Source of the DNA: Eledone cirrhosa
Lineage: Eukaryota
Assembly (NCBI GenBank): GCA_964016885.1
Contig: OZ024740.1
Location: forward strand, 216,566,001 to 216,630,000
Direction of reading: 5' to 3'
DNA: 64,000 nucleotides
Shown: piece after piece, positions 26,689-40,821 of the stretch
Layout: every line of letters starts with the position of its first letter
Position numbering within the stretch: the first letter of the stretch is position 1
Program-made: the position numbers and the translations under genes
The notes under the pieces: generated by a model
Told to the model about the DNA's origin: nothing
Seen by the model: only the letters and a program-made list of their open reading frames with translations
Database searches by the model: none

Positions 26689-27029
26689 ATATATATATTT
26701 TATATATATTATATATATATATATATATTATATATATATATTTTATATATTATATATATATATATTATATATATTATATATATATATATATTTTATATAT
26801 TATATATATATTTTATATATTATATATATTATATATTATATATATATATTATGTATATATATATTATATATATATATATATCATCATCATCATCATCATA
26901 CGTCTGCTTTTCCCTGCTTATTATATATATTATATACATATATATTTTACACATATATATATATATATTTACATATGTATGTATATATATTTATATATTT
27001 ACACATATATATATATATATTTACATATG

Positions 27030-27080
<51 letters not shown>

Positions 27081-27600
27081 GTATGTATTTTCAAGGTATG
27101 TACTTTGTTTATGTGTGTGTGTTTATTTATAAGTGTATATACATTTTTTAAAATCTATTACCTTCACAATCACCCCTAAATTATTTTTGGTTCTCATTCT
27201 GAAGAATAGAATATATATAATATATATGTATGTATCTATGTGTGTATATATGTGTGTGTGTGTATATGTCTGTGTATGTATATATAAAGATATATATATA
27301 TATATATAGGAGGGGTGTATGTATGTATGTATGTAGAAAAAGGTTTCATGAGACCGAGAACTGTTTCCCTTATTTGAAGTCCCCACACATGAATATCTAT
27401 GCACACACACACTGACATACTTATTTCATATGTACATATATATATATATACACAGACACACACATACATGTACACACACAGACACATACATATATACATA
27501 CACAGACACACACACATATATTCACAGACATGCTTACATATACATTTATACACACATGCATGTACATACAGATACATATATATATATATATGTATCAGAT

Positions 27601-27774
27601 TCCAACCAGAATGGTTGCATTTTTTAAGGGTATGTCAATATCTATTTATAAAATTAACGTATATTATATTTTATCTGATGAAAGCGCACCATAGTTTGCT
27701 CTGGTGACCCTTGAAATATGTATGTATAATGAAATAAATATGGTTTTATAAATATAGTTTCCATTTGTTAATAT

Positions 27775-27780
<6 letters not shown>
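27601..27780 (+). mobile_element. ~180-bp (TA)n-embedded interspersed repeat carrying a hammerhead fold (copy 1)
   Basis: Highly similar to 39152-39328. Both copies run into (TA)n. Confidence 0.75.
27667..27736 (+). ncRNA. Type I hammerhead ribozyme candidate
   Basis: Stem I TATTTTAT/ATGAAATA, core CTGATGA, stem II AAG.GCACCA/TGGTG..CCTT, GAAA, stem III ATA/TAT, predicted AUA cleavage triplet. Confidence 0.62.
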
Positions 27781-27828
<48 letters not shown>

Positions 27829-28256
27829 CAAACATATACACACAAACATACACACACAAACATACACACATATACATACACAGACATACACATACACAGA
27901 CACACATACATATACACACATACATATACACACATACATATACACACACAGACACACATACATACACAGACAAATGCACATATATATATATACACACACA
28001 GACACATACATACACACACATATACAGACATATACACATATATACATAAATACTTATAAATTCTGGATATAATTAATTTTTTTTTTTCAAACTTTTTGTT
28101 ATGTTTAATATCTCGCTTAAACATCAGTCAGTTTCTTGTGTATATATCAATGTATGTATATATTTATGTATGTGTGTGCATGTGTATATATGTATGTATG
28201 GATATATATATATATATGTGTGTGTGTATATATTTATATGTATGTGCGTATGTATA

Positions 28257-28289
<33 letters not shown>

Positions 28290-28711
28290 GTATATGTATG
28301 TGTGTGTGTATATGTGTATGTATATATGTATGTATATCTATATGTATGTGTGTGTGTGTGTATATATATATATATGTATATGTATGTGTGTGTGTATATG
28401 TGTATGTATATATGTATGTATATCTATATGTGTGTGTGTGTATATATGTATGTATGTATGTGTGTATGTGTGTATATATATATGTATGTATGTATGTCTA
28501 ATTTATATACCCCTATCATTATATACTCAAGTGTTATATATATCTCAATATACATACAGAATCAGTGATACTGTTGTCTATAATAAGGTGGAAATTATTA
28601 ATTATTTTTTAACATTCCATTTTCATAATATGTAAATCATTCACCACATTCTTAACGATATTTTTCTTGTCAGTCATTAAATTATTTTTTCAAACTTTGT
28701 TGTAATTTTTG

Positions 28712-28751
<40 letters not shown>

Positions 28752-29019
28752 TAAAGTATATGTGTATATATATATATAAAGTATAAAATAATAATTTTGG
28801 TAGATATAGAAAAATTAAGATGTTATAGATTGCTCATATTCTCTTCTCAGGAAAATATACTTTCGTATCAAATTTAATCAGTAAGAAAGAAACCTTATTG
28901 AAATTTTGATGAGAAATTTTATTATTGTTGTTGTTGTTGTTGTTATTGTTGTTGATCTTGTTAGTTCTGTATTGTTGTCATCATCATTTTCAGTGTCATC
29001 ACAGACGATAACAATGATG

Positions 29020-30960
29020 GGGATGATGTGATGGTAGTGGTGTTACTGGTAGTGGTGATGATGGTAATGGTGGTGGTGGTGGTGGTGTTGCTGGTAGTGG
29101 TGGTGTTGTTGGTAGTGGTGTTACTGGTAGTGGTGATGATGGTAATGGTAGTAGGTGTTGGTGTTGCTGGTAGTGATGTTACTTGTAATGGTGGTGTTGG
29201 TGTTGCTGGTAGTGGTGTTACTGGTAGTGGTGGTGTTGCTGGTAGTGGTGATGATGGTAATGGTAGTGGTGTTGGTGTTGCTGGTAGTGATGTTACTGGT
29301 AGTGGTGGTGTTGCTGGTAGTGGTGTTACTGGTAGTGGTGTTGGTGTTGCTTGTAGTGGTGATGGTAGTGGTGGTGTTGCTGGTAGTGATGTTACTGGTA
29401 GTGGTGATGATGGTGATGGTAGTGGTGGTGTTGATGGTAGTGGTGATGTTGTTGGTAGTGATGTTGCTGGTAGTGATGTTGCTGGTAGTGGTGATGGTAG
29501 TAGTGGTGTTGCTGGTAGTGGTGATGGTAGTGGTGGTGTTGATGGTAGTGGTGATGATGGTAGTGTTGATGGTAGTGGTGATTGGGATGGTGGTGTTGCT
29601 TGTAGTGGTGATGGTGGTAGTGGTGATGGTGGTAGCGGTGACGGTAGTGATTGGTGTTGCTGGTAGTGGTGATGGTAGTGGTGGTGTTGCTGGTAGTGAT
29701 GTTGATGGTAGTGGTGATGGTAGTAGTGGTGATTGGGATGGTGGTGTTGCTTGTAGTGGTGACGGTAGTGATTGGTGTTGCTGGTAGTGGTGATGGTAGT
29801 GGTAGTGATGATGGTAGTGGTGGTGTTGCTGGTAGTGGTAGTGGTGATGGTAGTGGTGGTGTTGCTGGTAGTGATGTTGATGGTAGTGGTGATGGTAGTA
29901 GTGGTGTTTATGGTAGTGGTGATTGGGATGGTGGTGTTGCTTGTAGTGGTGATGGTGGTAGTGGTGTTGCTTGTAGTGGTGATGGTGGTAGTGGTGTTGC
30001 TTGTAGTGGTGATGGGAGTGGTGGTGTTGCTGGTAGTGGTAGTGGTGATGGTAGTGGTGGTGTTGCTGGTAGTGATGTTGATGGTAGTGGTGATGGTAGT
30101 AGTGGTGTTTATGGTAGTGGTGATTGGGATGGTGGTGTTGCTTGTAGTGGTGATGGTGGTAGTGGTGATGGTAGTGGTGGTGTTGCTGGTAGTGGTGATG
30201 GTAGTAGTGGTGTTGATGGTAGTGGTGATTGGGATGGTGGTGTTGCTGGTAGTGGTGATGGTAGTGATTGGTGTTGATGGTAGTGGTGATTAGGATGGTG
30301 GCGTTGCTGGTAGTGGTGATGGTAGTGATTGGTGTTGATGGTAGTGGTGATTGGGATGGTGGCGTTGCTGGTAGTGGTGATGGTAGTGATTGGTGTTGAT
30401 GGTAGTGGTGATTGGGATGGTGGCGTTGCTGGTAGTGGTGATGGTAGTGATTGGTGTTGATGGTAGTGGTGATTGGGATGGTGGCGTTACTGGTAGTGGT
30501 GATGGTAGTGATTGGTGTTGATGGTAGTGGTGATTGGGATGGTGGTGTTGCTGGTAGTGGTGATGATGGTTGGGATAGTGGTGTTGTTGTTGGTGATGGT
30601 TGTATTGCTTGTAGTGGTGATAGCGATGGTGTTGTTGCTTGTAGTGGTGATGGTAGTGATGGTGGTGTTGGTGATAAAGGTTATAAGGATGTTCCTGATG
30701 ATGATGTCGATGATGGTGATGATATTATTGACAATGGTAATTGTGATTTCAATAATGATGTTGATGATGATAATGATGATGGTGATGGTGATTTCCATGA
30801 TGATGTTGATGATGATAATGATGATGATGATGGTGATGGTGATTTCCATGATGATGTTGATGATGATAATGATGATACTATTGACAACAGTGGTGATTGT
30901 TATGATGATGATGATATTGATAATGGTGATGATGTTGATATTGATGATTATGATGAGGAT
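29020..30960. repeat. Low-complexity GGT/GAT/AGT trinucleotide-derived satellite
   Basis: Permutations of GGTAGT, GGTGAT and GTTGCT with internal higher-order duplications, grading into (GAT)n. Confidence 0.9.
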
Positions 30961-31729
30961 AAAATAGTTTTTGTTGTGCCAACGTACACACATATACACA
31001 TGTATATATATAGAGACATACACACACATATATATATAGAGAGAGAGACTTACACACACACAGACTTACACATATATAGCCCCCCCCCCCACACACACAC
31101 ACAGATATAGACCCCCCACACGCACAAACACACACACACATAGGCCCCCCCCACACATATATACACACACACACATATATAGACACACACACAAACACAC
31201 GCACATACGCCCATATACCCCCACAAACACAAACACACATACACACACACACATATAGACCCCCACACATACACACATATAGGCATAGACACATACACAC
31301 ATAGAGACATACACACACACCCCACACACATATAGACCACACACACATATAGGCACACACCCCACACACATATAGGCATATACACACACAGACACAATTA
31401 ATAATTGTTAGAATAACATTCTATATTTATCACATTCTTTGCCCTTTTTCTCTCCATTTTTCAATTTTAAATCATAAAAATCGAACCTTTTTATTTTATT
31501 TTATTATCATTTCATTATATAGATTTATTTACTTATTAATTTATATTTCATCTGATTTAATAATAATATATGTTGTTTTAAAAATATCACTCCGACATCC
31601 AATACTTTCTTTCTTTCTTTCTTTCTTTCTTAAGTTCTTTGCTATTTATTTATTTATTTATTTATTTATTTATTAAAAAACGATTTTCAATTAGTTCCTT
31701 TATCTATATAATTTACTCTATGTACATAG

Positions 31730-31798
31730 AAATGTGTGTGTGTGTGGTTGTGTGTGTGTAATATAGGTGTATATTTTATAAATGTATACATTTATGTA

Positions 31799-31862
<64 letters not shown>

Positions 31863-32161
31863 CCCATGCAAGCATGGGGGAAACGGATGAAAAAAACGAT
31901 GTGTGTGTATATGTATATATGTATATTTATGCATGTATGTATATATATATATATATGTGTATATATGTATATATATATATATATATGTGTATATATGTAT
32001 ATTTATGTATATATATGTGTATATATGTATTTATATGTGTGTATATGTATGTATATATGTATATGTATGTATATATATGTGTATATATATATGTATGTAT
32101 ATGTATATATATATGTATGTATATGTATATATATATATGTATGTATAAACATATATATATG

Positions 32162-32224
<63 letters not shown>

Positions 32225-32628
32225 ATGTATATATGTATGTATATGTATATATATATGTATGTATAAACATATATATACATAAACATATACATATATATAT
32301 TAAAAAAAGGTGCATGGCTTAATGGTTAGAGCATTGGCCTTGCAATCAAAAGGTTGTGAGGTCAATTCTCAGACCGGTCATGTGTTGTTTCCTTGAGCAA
32401 GACACTTTATTTCACGTTGCTCCAGTTTACTCAGCTGTAGAAATGAGATGATAGGGACCCCACTCCCTATTATCTCATTTCTAAATTACCCAAGACATCT
32501 CCAACGAGATATACCTTGGAGGAGACCAGCTAAACCTGCATAGGTGTGACACACACACATATATATACATATATATATGCGTATGTATATATATATATAA
32601 GAAATAAATATATATATATCTATTTAAA

Positions 32629-32678
<50 letters not shown>

Positions 32679-32684
32679 AATATA

Positions 32685-32716
<32 letters not shown>

Positions 32717-32766
32717 CACACACATATTTATATAGATATATATATATACACACACAAACATATATT

Positions 32767-32816
<50 letters not shown>

Positions 32817-32908
32817 TTTAAATAGATATATATATATTTATTTCTTATATATATATATTTTTTTTGTTTAATATATATATATATTTTTGTTTAATATATA
32901 TATGTATA

Positions 32909-32951
<43 letters not shown>

Positions 32952-32963
32952 GTGTGTATATAT

Positions 32964-33006
<43 letters not shown>

Positions 33007-33289
33007 ATATATATGTGTGTGTGTGTGTATATATATGTGTGTGTGTGTATATATATATGTGTATATATATGTGTGTATATATGTGTGTGTGTGTGTGTAT
33101 ATATATATGTGTGTGTGTATATATATATGTGTGTGTGTGTATATATATATGTGTGTGTGTGTATATATGTGTGTGTGTGTGTGTGTATATATATATGTAT
33201 ATGTGTGTGTGTGTATATATATATATATATGTGTGTGTGTGTATATATAAATACACATATATATATATATGTGTGTATATATATATATA

Positions 33290-33320
<31 letters not shown>

Positions 33321-33417
33321 GTGTGTGTGTATGTGTGTGTATGTGTGTGTATATATATAAATATATGTGTGTGTGTGTGTGTATATATATATATGTGTGT
33401 GTGTGTATATATATATA

Positions 33418-33448
<31 letters not shown>

Positions 33449-33515
33449 GTGTGTGTATATATATATATATGTGTGTGTGTGTATATATATATATATGTGT
33501 ATATATATATATATA
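31730..33515. repeat. Compound (TA)n/(TG)n microsatellite field
   Basis: Dinucleotide tracts containing a family B SINE (~32308-32450) and a palindrome (32599-32846). Confidence 0.95.
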
Positions 33516-35081
33516 AAGTTTAAACAGGATGCTATAAAAAGTGGTTTATATGATTGTTCCAAGTTTTTTGTTTAAATCTGTTCTTTGTACGTCAGCCCAC
33601 CACCCGATGTAATTTATCTCGTTGTAATAAAGTATATCCTACCACACACATACATGTTTACATTCAGTATATACAGTAATACATATATATTTATTAATGC
33701 AGGCTTGGACACACCCACACTGTACTCTCTTGCTTACTGTGGTTTCCTTCTCTTAGTTTCCCTCTAGTTAAATGTTTTAATATGTATGTTGTGTATGTGT
33801 GTAAGTGTAAGTGTTCATGTATGTGTGAAGCATCTTTAGTGTAAATAGTATTTATTCTCCTGGTAAATCTACTCTTTAAACTAGTTTAGATGCTTGGCTG
33901 TTCTAGATATTTTCCTTATTCTTCTGGTGGTGTTGGGACCTGCATGACTATCACAGCTTCTGAACATAACACGAGCGTGCGTGTACTAGTTTTTATGATA
34001 GATAGTTCGCTATCTCCGGGTCTACTACTTATATGAAGTGAATAAAAGCCACAAAGCACTGCCTCAAAAAGTCCTTTCTAGCCCATGCCAACATGGAAAA
34101 GCAGATTTAAAAAATGGCAATGAAAATGATATTTATAATGAGGAAAGATCATGTGACTGAAACCACAATCACACTTCAATATAGGTTCCTAAACCTTTTG
34201 AATCTGTTGACATCATCACAGACTTATAGGGCATTCTTTGCCAATCACACACTATAGTAGTCTTGGAGTTTAATGGGTGGGGGTTTTGTTTTGTATTTTG
34301 TACAATTCAATATAAAATCTCACAAGCCATTGACATTATATAAGAATAATTGAACAGTATCTAATAAAAAGAACACACTACTAAAGGGAACAGAAGGAAG
34401 AAGAAGAGAAAAGAAAACGAAAAGGAGAAAAAGAAAGAAGGATCAAACATCAAAAGAAAGGAAGAGGTGAGGAGGGACAAACACTACACCTCATTCTGAG
34501 CGGAACCATGACCATATCCTGCAACAAAATGGTAAAAGTGTTAGACTCTACAGTAACTCTACAGTGTAGAGAATAGCCAGACACACCTCACTGGGTTCCC
34601 TCCCCAAGTAGGCTGCTGTCTTTCTTATTTTATGAAAGAAATCAGCAGTGTGGGGACACATGACCCCAGAGGTCTTGGCGGAACCAGTGCAATAAGATGT
34701 GTATATTCAAATGATACTATCAGAGAATTGGTCATGCTTGATATGTAGAAAATAAGTGTGTTGGAACATAATGTAAAATAAAATAAGTACATGAGGTGTA
34801 GTGGGATTCCAGGTTGGATAACAGAAAAAGTAGACTTTATATGTTGCAAGGGGCACAGGGATAGTTGGTAACAAGAGCCCTTTTGAAATAAACATTTAAA
34901 AATCCAGGAAATTGCATAGAAGTTGTTGATAGAATTTTGTTATTTGGCTGACCTAATTAGTTGTGGAGGAAGTTGCTCTGGAAGAATAATAGTTAGAATA
35001 AAAACAATGTGGAAAAAGTTACTGCCACTGTTGACAATAAATGGATTTCCTCTACATCCATTTTCCATGGATTATACACAC

Positions 35082-35128
<47 letters not shown>

Positions 35129-35409
35129 AATGGAAGTTTAGTATAATTGAAGTTTTGGCTGTGGCTGTGACCCAGCCACATGAAACCAAAGCAACCAAAA
35201 AACCAATCAGGTATTGACAAACAGACCTGGAACATCTCGATCGATATTAAGCAATATCTCCGATAGGTTTCTAAATCCGAAATCAACAATCCCACATGCG
35301 CAGTATGCAAGTTTTTGGTATTCGATGATCGAACTGTGGACTCACGTTTTCAACAGGCTTCCGTTCTGTGCGCTGAACCGGTGTGAAATATATATATATG
35401 GAGAGATGT

Positions 35410-35825
35410 AAAATCCCGACTGCAGCTCTTCTGCTACTTCTTCTCCCACTTATTCCTGAGAGGGTCATGAGGACAATATCCTTAAACACTCCTCCAGTGT
35501 CAGAAGCAACTGTTTCCAACTGATCTGGCTGGATCCCCAAGCGTGACCAGCAAAGCTCATGGATGTTATCCAACCATCTTGCTCAGGGTCTACCCCTGGG
35601 TCTCTTGCTGGTTGGTTTTTGCCTGTAAAATCTGACCAGTGATTCTTTCCTGAGACATTCTAACCACATGCACCATAGTATCGCAGCTGTGATCTCTCAA
35701 TTCGGAGAAGTAGTGACTCCACCTGGAGTGACTCACTGATCCTCAAGCTATGCACCTTATCAAATAACATTACACAAAAGACCCTTCGGAGGTATCCCAT
35801 TTCGACCGCTTGTATTCGTGATCAA
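35410..35825 (-). mobile_element. RTE-clade LINE 3' fragment (same family as 19140-19645)
   Basis: Reverse complement aligns by eye (GATGTTATCCAACCATCTTGCTC, TTTCCTGAGACATTCTAACCACAT). Confidence 0.8.
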
Positions 35826-35933
35826 ATAGCTGGATTTTCAATTTCTATTTCTTGTATAAGAAAAAAAATGTGAAACACCAGCTGAGTTGAAACTTAATTG
35901 ACTAATATATTATCTGTACACAATTCTACAAAC

Positions 35934-35993
<60 letters not shown>

Positions 35994-36409
35994 AAAAAGT
36001 ATGACCCGACTGCAGAGCTCAAGCCATTTTGATGGCTATTTATGGTCCATCTGGTTCCTTGCCACAACTCCTTTGTTATATACATATATATATATATATA
36101 TAAACACATGTTGTAGGTTATATGATATAAGCATACACAATTGGTGTTGTAACATCTGATTTTTTATTTCAGAAGCTACTGAAAATGTACATTTGGGTAT
36201 TTTCAAAACTAGGTAACAATTCAGACAGACTAATGATTCATCACTAATGACTAAAGACTTATGTATCTTTGAAATTACAAATATACTTCATTTTATTTAT
36301 ATAAACAACACACCAAACATGTTTGATGGCATCTTCAACAAAATTTCAGACAACGCTAATGTTTTCCATTCTTCCTAATATATATCTGCAAAAAACACCT
36401 CTCCCATAT

Positions 36410-36765
36410 CTTTCTCTCTCTATCTCCCTCAAGCCTCTCTCTCATCTCTCTCTCTCACTCCTTCTGTCTCATATTTTTCTCCCTCTCCCTCTCATCCCTC
36501 TCTTTCTCATCTCTCCCCCTCCCTCTCATATCTCTCTCTTTCTCATCTCTCCCCCACTCTCTCATCTCTTTCTCATATCTCCACCTCTCTCTCATCTCTT
36601 TCTCAACTCTCCCCCTCACTCTCTCTCTCATTCCTCTCTCTCTCTCTCTTCGCTCTCATATATATATATCTCTCATCCCTCTCTCTCATCCCTTTGTCTC
36701 TCACCTTCTCTCTAATCTCTCATTCCCCCTCTCTCTCTCATCTCCCTCTTTCCCTCTCTCTCCTC
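36410..36765. repeat. (TC)-rich low-complexity tract
   Basis: Interrupted CT dinucleotide repeat. Confidence 0.9.
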
Positions 36766-36974
36766 TTGTATATGTTAAATGTAAACAGAAACTATAAAGC
36801 AACAGTAGTAACAAGACAAGAAATCTGACCCATCTGGTCACACCTGCTACTTGCTATTTTTGCCCTTCTCTTCAATCCTTGCTCTTATTTATGTCTGTGT
36901 TTAGATCTAATATATACAAATTTATTCTTTGAACAATCCTACCTTAATCATAAATTAATTGGTGTGTACCTCTC

Positions 36975-37580
<606 letters not shown>

Positions 37581-38118
37581 GCAGGTATGTAATAGCATTT
37601 TAAAAATATTTCTGAAATAATATCTATTTCATATATGTAGCCTTACATTGACAGAATGTGTTTCAGATGTAAAATTTTGCTTGGAATTTAGGAAGAAACA
37701 ATTCTTTCTTTCTAAACATTTCAGTGCTAAAATACGGGTGAAAAATTATTGCCTGGAGGATCCCTGCTGTGGGAGGGTGGAGGGTGTGCCAGCAACGACT
37801 GTAGCAATTTATTTGTGCCCTCGGCTGAGCTTTTTAGTTTTCAGGATGGTTAGAATTTTTGAATTTAATACCTGTATGTATAACTTTTCAATTCCAATTA
37901 TTTGCTCCGTGTTAACTTTGATATGTAAAATTGGGGGGTTTGCTGTGTATTCTATTTTTTTTGTATGTGGGACCCCCAAACCTGAAGTGCTGCAGGCGCC
38001 CCGAGGTCTAAATCCAACCCTGTTGGTATCAAAAGAGTTTAAACACTTGTTGTATGTGTTGTTAGATATGAACATTTACATAAGGCAAAAAATTATAATT
38101 TTCAGAAAATATGAGAGC

Positions 38119-38373
38119 CTTTGATGAGGTCCTTTGATGAGGTCCTCTGATGAGACCCTCTGATGTGACCCTCTGATGAGACCCTCTAATGAGAGCCTCG
38201 GATGAGATCTTCTGATGAGGTCCTCTGATGAAGTGCTCTAATGAGGTCCTCTGATGAAGTGCTCTAATGAGGTCCTCTGATGAGATCCTCCAATGAGACC
38301 GTCTGACGAGGTCCTCTACTGAGACCCTCTGATGAGATCCTCCAATGAGACCCTCTAATGAGACCCTCTGATG
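38119..38373. repeat. Minisatellite, 14-bp unit, ~18 copies
   Basis: Unit ~CTCTGATGAGGTCC / CTCTGATGAGACC. Confidence 0.88.
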
Positions 38374-39027
38374 AACATCAATAGATTACTGGTAAATATT
38401 TAATATACAAAATATTGTAATGTTCAGAAAATATGTATCAATATATATAATAATATATATATATCGCCATTGGAGTATAAATAGTAAATATTTTGTATAT
38501 GAAACAACTATTGATTTTTGTGTGTGTTGTTATTTAGAGGTTAAAGATGAGCAAAACTGCTCATATTATTGCCTATGGACAATATAGAATATATAATGGT
38601 GACACTGATAGTGCTAATAAGTAGCTCATATAGTGAATGCTGACATTATTTAGAAATATGCTATTTATTATACCATAATGGACCATTGTATCATTCCTGA
38701 ATCTGTATTTCTACCTGCTGTAAACTTCTCAAAACTTTACCTATTGTTCTTATGTATCATATTTTATTTTTGGACATATATAATCCTTCTTGATGCTGAA
38801 ATTACATTAAACATTAAAATTGTGTTACTGGCAACAGTGACAGAATAATGGGAACACACTCACATACACACGCACACACACGTGCACACGCACATACACA
38901 TGCACTGTTAAATGATGATGATGACATATACATATATATAAATATATTTACATGCATACACACGCACATATATATGTATACATAAATAATATATACATAC
39001 ATAATATATATATATGAATATAAATGT

Positions 39028-39075
<48 letters not shown>

Positions 39076-39083
39076 TGGTATAC

Positions 39084-39130
<47 letters not shown>

Positions 39131-39151
39131 TATATATACTATCCAGGAAGC

Positions 39152-39326
39152 TCCAACCGGTAAGGTTGCATTTTTTCAGGGTATGTCAATATCTATTTAT
39201 AAAAATTAATCTGTATTATATTTTATCTGATGAAAGCGCACCATGATCTGCCTTGGTGGCCCTTGAAATATGTATAATGAAATAAATATGGTTTTATAAA
39301 TATAGTTTCCATTTGTTAATATATTG

Positions 39327-39328
<2 letters not shown>
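39152..39328 (+). mobile_element. ~180-bp (TA)n-embedded repeat carrying a hammerhead fold (copy 2)
   Basis: Paralogue of 27601-27780 (TCCAACC...GGTTGCATTTTTT.AGGGTATGTCAATATC...CCATTTGTTAATATATTGTA). Confidence 0.75.
39219..39284 (+). ncRNA. Type I hammerhead ribozyme candidate
   Basis: Stem I TATTTTAT/ATGAAATA, CTGATGA, stem II AAGCGCACCA/TGGTGGCCCTT, GAAA, near-palindromic stem III ATATGTAT. Confidence 0.62.
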
Positions 39329-39357
<29 letters not shown>

Positions 39358-39442
39358 TTGTATACATTCATATATATATATATAGTAATAATAATAAATT
39401 TGAAGACTAAAATCCAATCTGCGTTTACAGATTGACTTTGTT

Positions 39443-39493
39443 AGTTTCAGAAGATCCCGTTAAGGGTGAAAGCAGCGATTCTTTGCTTAAACT
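39443..39493 (+). ncRNA. Degenerate type I hammerhead fold (core variant CAGAAGA)
   Basis: Stem I AGTTT/AAACT, CAGAAGA, stem II CCC-GTTAA-GGG, GAAA, stem III AGCA/TGCT, CUU triplet. Confidence 0.45.
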
Positions 39494-39542
39494 TTAATCT
39501 GTTATTTTAATAAATATATATATATATATGTTTGTATATATT

Positions 39543-39573
<31 letters not shown>

Positions 39574-39678
39574 TTGTATACACATATATATATATATATA
39601 TGTATGTTTGTATACATTTATATATATATATGATGATGATGATATATATATATATATGAATGTATGTTTGTATACATT

Positions 39679-39752
<74 letters not shown>

Positions 39753-39928
39753 TGTATGTTTGTATACATTTATATATATATATATATATATGAATGTATG
39801 TTTGTATACATTTATATATATATATATACATATATATATAGTAAAAAATGGAACGGGGAGGAACAAAACAGAGGCAGTTGAACAAAGGTTTATATATATA
39901 ATATATATATATATGTATGTTTGTATAC

Positions 39929-39969
<41 letters not shown>

Positions 39970-40003
39970 TGTATACATTTATATATATATATATATATAT
40001 ATA

Positions 40004-40821
40004 AAAATGAAAGGCAGGTTGTATGATGCCTGCATACGAACAGCAATGTTGCATGGCAGTGAGGCCTGGGCATTGTGTGCAGAGGATATACGCAGACTAG
40101 AGAGGAACGAAGCTTGCATGCTCCGCTGGATGTGTAACAGTAATATACGTGAACAGCAAAGCATAAACGAACTAAGGAAAAAATTAGAAATAAGAGGGAT
40201 CAGATGTTGTTTACTCGAGAGAAGGCTACGTTGGTATGGACACGTGATGCGCATGAAAGTCGATACCTGTATAACAAAGTGCAGGGCAATAAAGATGGAC
40301 AGTAGCCACGGAATAGGCAGACCTAGAAAAACCTGGGACGAGCTGATAAACTCCGACATCACACACTTACACCTCTCCAAGACAATGTCACTGGACCGAG
40401 ACCTTTGGCGGTACTCAGTAACAGAGAAGACCCGCCTTACCTAAATACATAGTAAAACCTACTACAGCCAGTAGGCATCTCTAACAAAATACACCCCGTC
40501 CCACCACCCCCACCCCATCCACACCACCCCGTTCTATGTAAAGTTATGTTGGTGCCGCGCCATCCAGGCCGAAACAAATGAGATCGTGTAGGTGTCACGA
40601 CAAAAAAACACACAGTCCACGCTGTAATGTGGCCGTGTAGGCAACACGGTAAAAACCTCCCAGACCCACACTGTAAATGTGGTTGGTGTTAGGAAGGGCA
40701 TCCAACTGTAGAAAACCTGCCAGACAGTCCTATGCGAGCAAGACAATCACTCTTGCCTCAAGTGGGAATACCCCCGTCCAAACCCATGCAAGCGTGGAAC
40801 ACGGACGTTAAACGTTGATGA
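40004..40821 (+). mobile_element. RTE-clade LINE, 5'-truncated (same family as 9155-10248)
   Basis: [22 protein letters not shown]...RRLRWYGHV...GRPRKTW, intact to the stop at 40444, with the same 3' UTR and a GAT tail. Confidence 0.9.

Larger units (their letters stand above)
26281..28790. repeat. Compound (TA)n/(CA)n/(TG)n microsatellite field
   Basis: Long interrupted dinucleotide tracts with small embedded islands. Confidence 0.95.

Noticed and set aside
29028-31110. Gly/Ser/Asp-rich or poly-Val structural protein
   Set aside because: It is a trinucleotide-derived satellite open in several frames, with recurrent frameshifts at GATTGGTG units and no exon context.
37648-38124. 158-aa ORF as a host gene
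   Set aside because: It has a non-ATG start and no recognisable domain, and overlaps what looks like a DNA-transposon end (TAAATCCAACCCTG).
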